Positions 35,470-39,327 of a stretch of DNA of 39,327 bases are shown in pieces; position 1 is the first letter of the stretch; each line of letters begins with the position of its first letter. Origin of the DNA: Perkinsus chesapeaki ATCC PRA-425 (lineage: Eukaryota > Protista > Perkinsozoa); the NCBI GenBank assembly GCA_013115145.1, contig JAAPAO010000326.1:1-39327 (forward strand), written 5' to 3'. The notes beneath the pieces were generated by a model. It was given only the letters and a program-made list of their open reading frames with translations. It did no database searches and had not been told where the DNA came from. Both the position numbers and the translations under genes were made by a program.

Positions 35470-36931
35470 ATGATACCTTTTGGTTACTTTATCGCAGCGG
35501 CAGCGATAGTTTTGCTATTCGCAATTCTCTCAGTGTTGCGATTAAGGTACACGCTAAACTATTTCGAATCTTGCACGCTTCAACCTAAGATACCGCCCTC
35601 AGGTCCCTAAGATCGCCAAGCGCGTTCCCCTTCAAGTCGGCGGTGATAGTAATTGCTCATCCTGACGATGAAACAATGTTTTTCTTACCAACAATATTGT
35701 GGCTTAAAAAACTAAAAATAAAGACAACGATTGTGTGCTCGACTACTGGAGACTTCGATGGGCTCGGAGGTGAGATATCTGCCAGCTTCGCTGGGAAGGT
35801 GGGTGTTACTATGTCCTGGGGCGGTTACCTGATGAACCTAGAGTATCATCTAGCTTGGTTCAACTTACTGTATTGGCGAGGAAGAAAGCTCGGGTAGAGC
35901 TCGATGAGATTATAGCAACTTCCGAGAACTATTATAACTGAAGAACAACTTCCGTTGGTAAAATTTCAGTGAAATATTTCACTGCCTCTGGGGGGATCCT
36001 ATGACCGCATTACCCCGTGAAAAAAGTGTGGAAGCTTTCTCTAAATTACATGCCATTCGGTGTGCGAACACTCGTGTCCTCTCTAGAGGCGGTGGATTTT
36101 ATATTGAAATAATAGAGCTACAGAAAATGGGGAACCTTGTAGATGTTGGGAAGGGAATGGTCGTCGGGGAATGATAATATACGGTATCTCTCTCAGATAT
36201 TAGGAAGAAGGAATTTGAGAAAGTCTGCGCGTTTTTGGACGTAGAGAGTGTCATTCTAGATGACCCCCAGCTGAGGGACGGGTGGGAGATGTGGGAACCG
36301 AAGGTTGCTGCTAAAGTGGGTCGATAGTTGTGCTAGCCGGGTATCGAACTTGGGACCTTTAGGTGCTGAGTGAGGCCTACTTTAACCGTGTGAACATATC
36401 GGAAACTGCTGTGATAACGTTCGACTCTGGGGGCATCAGCGGCCATCCAAACCACAGAAGCGTGTATTGGGCGATAGAGCAACTGAGATCGACAGTTGCT
36501 GATAAATCGGTCGGAGTCTTTAATCTGGAAACTGTTAACGTAAGCTTTTCGGTTAGCGCAGTGGCAGCAAGTAATCAGAAGACGTGCATCTTGGCGAATG
36601 GGATGACCTCTTTAGCTCGGCCTGTCTAGAATTTAACCGGTAGAATCGATGAAGTCATTTTCCATCGACATGAGCTCTTTCAGTGGCGAACTACCGAGCC
36701 AAATTGTGTGATGCTTTTCAGATTGCCCGCAAATACGTCCTCCCTATTGATTTGCTCTCAATGGCATTGGGGCCTGCAATTTCACGGCGCGTGACTGTTG
36801 TGAATGCCGAAGAGCCAGAAGCACTTTCAAGAACAATGAGACTCTATGGGAGCCAGAATGTGTGGTTTAGGAAACTGTTTGCGGTGTTCTCGAGATACGC
36901 GTATGTTAATACGTTGATCCAAGTCCAGTAG
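35470..36931 (+). CDS. PIGL: N-acetylglucosaminyl-phosphatidylinositol de-N-acetylase (GPI anchor biosynthesis step 2)
   Basis: N-terminal TM (MIPFGYFIAAAAIVLLFAIL), VIAHPDDETMFF, STTGDFDGLG|DIRKKEFEKVC, DDPQLRDGW, VITFDSGGISGHPNHRSV, ARKY and SQNVWFRKLFAVFSRYAYVNTL. All PIG-L motifs occur in order across GT-AG introns. Confidence 0.93.
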
Positions 36932-37332
36932 ATATCTTGGGGTCGAGTTGGGATACTGTTGATGGACTTGGAATAGATATCACGTGGGGGGACTATGGCG
37001 CATGTCGGAGGTCGTCTGTCTACATAGAGTTCTTCCATGAAGTCTTCACTTATACTTATACTAAATTATTATTACTAAATGCTTATGTTGATATGTCAAC
37101 ACGTATGTTACTACTCCACTATTGTTACTAAAGAAGGCTCATAGGATCTCATACTGAATACCAGATCATTGCTCATTGCCAACACAAGTGCTTGCGTGGC
37201 TTGCTGGAATTGATCACTCATTTGCGGAGAGTAGATGGCGAAGTTCATCAGTATCCGAGTCAACCCCGGACCTATCTTCTGGATTGCAGATCGGGGAGGT
37301 CGGGGTGCTGGGATTGTCCAAAGAGTCGCAAC

Positions 37333-39253
37333 ATGTCGAGTTTCTTTCCTTTGATATTTCCGGCCATGCCAGCGGAAGCGCTGCCGTTATCGGACTACCT
37401 TGATCGGATAGAATCAGCGTGTCGGCCGCCAAAGGCATGGACTAGGGCCTGCGATACTGTGATGGAAACTGTCGAACATGTTTTGGGTGATCATTATGGA
37501 GCGAATGGACCGAAAGTGAAGGCACAGGTAGGGAATGGGTGGGGATGAAGAGAACGTGTTCACAATAACTTCCCTCAGCGGGAACCCTTTAGGTCGTAAG
37601 TGTTACAGGTCGGGACCCCTACCCCGCCCTGGGGTCCTAGGGGTTACAACTAAGCTTCGGATTAGTTTTTTTCCAAATACATTACTTCGTTATTGATAGT
37701 CTGAGTCTTCGACTTTTCTAGATCATTTCAACGTGGTTTAATGATATCGTCTTCTATCAGGGATCTTTCGTCCAGAGTCTCTCCATCCGTGGCAGCGATT
37801 TGGATCTTGTATTATATAGGAAAGGCCGAAGCATTAATTCATGTAAGTGTTCGAGGGTGAGCGCTTCTCGGTTATTTTTCCATCAATACGCATCAGTGAT
37901 GGGTTACATGTCAAGAATTGATCACAGATGGTAGCGAAAACTCAGACAAAAAATCGGAAAATTACAGTCAATTTTGTGGGATGGATTTGCTGTTTCATGT
38001 GGAAGATTTTTTAAAAACAAAGAGCGAGCCACAAATCGTTTATGAGATGCTTCAAGGGGAGTTGGCATTTTCCGACTCATTCACTCAGAAAAAAATACAA
38101 TAATTGTTGAAGGATGGAAACACGATATATTAGTGGTACAAGTGATGTCCAATCAATCGGCATGGCTTTTGGTTATTATGCTCTATCATATTATGGTCCC
38201 CTTAATACGTTGTCTTATAGGCTCTAAAAACTGCGTGAAACGCTACCTCACGACAACTACTGATGCGGTAATTCGTTCTTTGGCACATTTAAATGGAGAA
38301 GTTAAAGCTAGAGTGAAGCAGAGGATACTTCATGCCAGGGTGCCGATCGTTAAACTAGTCTTTGAGGTGAGATGGAAGACCTCAAACATGATCTTGGTTG
38401 ACAGCAGGGCGTTTGGATTTTTCCGTTTCCTTCGCTTTGTGACACTCAGCCCATTCTTATTATACCCTACTATATGTAGTCATATTCTTGACTCCAGGCC
38501 TACCCTTGCGTTTTGCGCACTGTAGAGATTTTAGGTTCGGCCCAATTCGATAGACTTGGATTCGAGCAGCTCCTCTTCTGCGGCTTCGACCACTTCGACG
38601 TCGTCTTCGGATGGTGAGAGTGATGATGATTATGCGAAGGGTAGACCGCAGATGATTGAAGTTGATATGTCTTACGGAGATGAGCATAGAGGAGAGTGTG
38701 ACGAAGTTGTAAGCCGGTGCCTTGGCTGGAATCCGTTATCAAGTGTGAAATTTCGGAGAATTTCGAGAATGTCTGTCATTTTTGTGATAACGAAGTAGGA
38801 TTCGCGCTCCATCCGAAATTTAACTAACACTTTAGTGACTTAAAGTATAAGCGAGTTGCTCGGTCAATTCATCCTGCTCAGGTTCGAGATTTGATCTTAT
38901 CGGGCGGTCCAGTATGTCGAAAGTTTGTTACACTGGTGAAGCTGTGGGGAAGAATCAGCGGTGTGACGGATTCCTTCAATAACTGTCTATCAACATTCGC
39001 GCTAATTCTTCTGGCGATTTATCACTTTCAATCAATGGAGATAATGGAGAGGAGGAAAAGGAAAGGAGAGAAGAGCTCTATTGGTAGGGGGTTCTGGTTT
39101 CGTAAGCCTAAAGTATCATATTCCGATCAGCTACTGACTTTTAGCTCAGTGTCAGTTATTAATGGCCTTTACATTTTCCTACACCAACAAATTTCGAAAG
39201 GCTGGAACCTCTCTGAGCTGGCTGATAGAATACAGTCCTCCAAATTAACTTAG
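37333..39253 (+). CDS. Cid1/TUTase/GLD-2-like non-canonical poly(A)/poly(U) polymerase (DNA pol-beta nucleotidyltransferase superfamily); 3' end may extend further
   Basis: GSFVQSLSIRGSDLDLV (exon from 37761), ILHARVPIVKL, IEVDMSYG (third Asp), FVTLVKLWGR and DSFNNCLSTFALILLAIYHFQ. The start ATG at 37333 is inferred. Confidence 0.85.
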
Positions 39254-39327
39254 AATATCACGTTTTTGTGACCATTCTCTGCCAGATTTGCGACTCTATG
39301 CCCAAAACTCAGAGAGTCTCGTTCTAA

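Noticed and set aside
1843-36359. Intact tRNA genes at the B-box-like sites
   Set aside because: No acceptor stem, D-arm or anticodon arm can be folded around any copy. The A-box-like GTGGCGCAGTG motif lies in the wrong order or strand relative to them.
722-39253. Functional gene cluster or defence system formed by NOC1, LplA, kinase, Ulp1, PIG-L and TUTase
   Set aside because: These are unrelated housekeeping pathways in a compact eukaryotic genome, with no shared pathway or prokaryote-style operon evidence.

Overview
Gene-dense, intron-rich eukaryotic nuclear DNA. Many short (about 30-60 nt) GT-AG introns, tight gene spacing and moderate GC suggest a protist, most plausibly Perkinsus or a related alveolate; this is an inference and no database was searched. 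Many entries in the ORF track are exon fragments or antisense shadows. Manual splicing supports five well-recognised genes: NOC1/MAK21/CEBPZ ribosome biogenesis factor (+, ~722-7130), LplA-type lipoate-protein ligase (+, 7945-10901), intronless Ulp1/SENP C48 protease (+, 29085-30200), PIG-L GlcNAc-PI de-N-acetylase (+, 35470-36931) and a Cid1/TUTase-like nucleotidyltransferase (+, ~37333-39253). There is also an intronless atypical Ser/Thr kinase (+, 27204-28199) and several unassigned multi-exon genes. The most unusual observations are: (1) several families of tiny repeats recurring inside unrelated short introns (an orientation-independent WTTTYGTGGCGC(G/AG)TGAC element, an ATCGATCA-NN-TGATCGAT palindrome, a TAGCGGAGCGAAGCG mini-hairpin, and tRNA T-arm-like fragments); (2) two tandem paralogues of an unrecognised Cys/Trp-rich surface-protein family with five position-conserved introns of reciprocally different length; (3) two related 25-bp and 26-bp tandem arrays bracketing a unique spacer between the two intronless genes. 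I found no CRISPR array, rRNA, intact tRNA or intact transposon.
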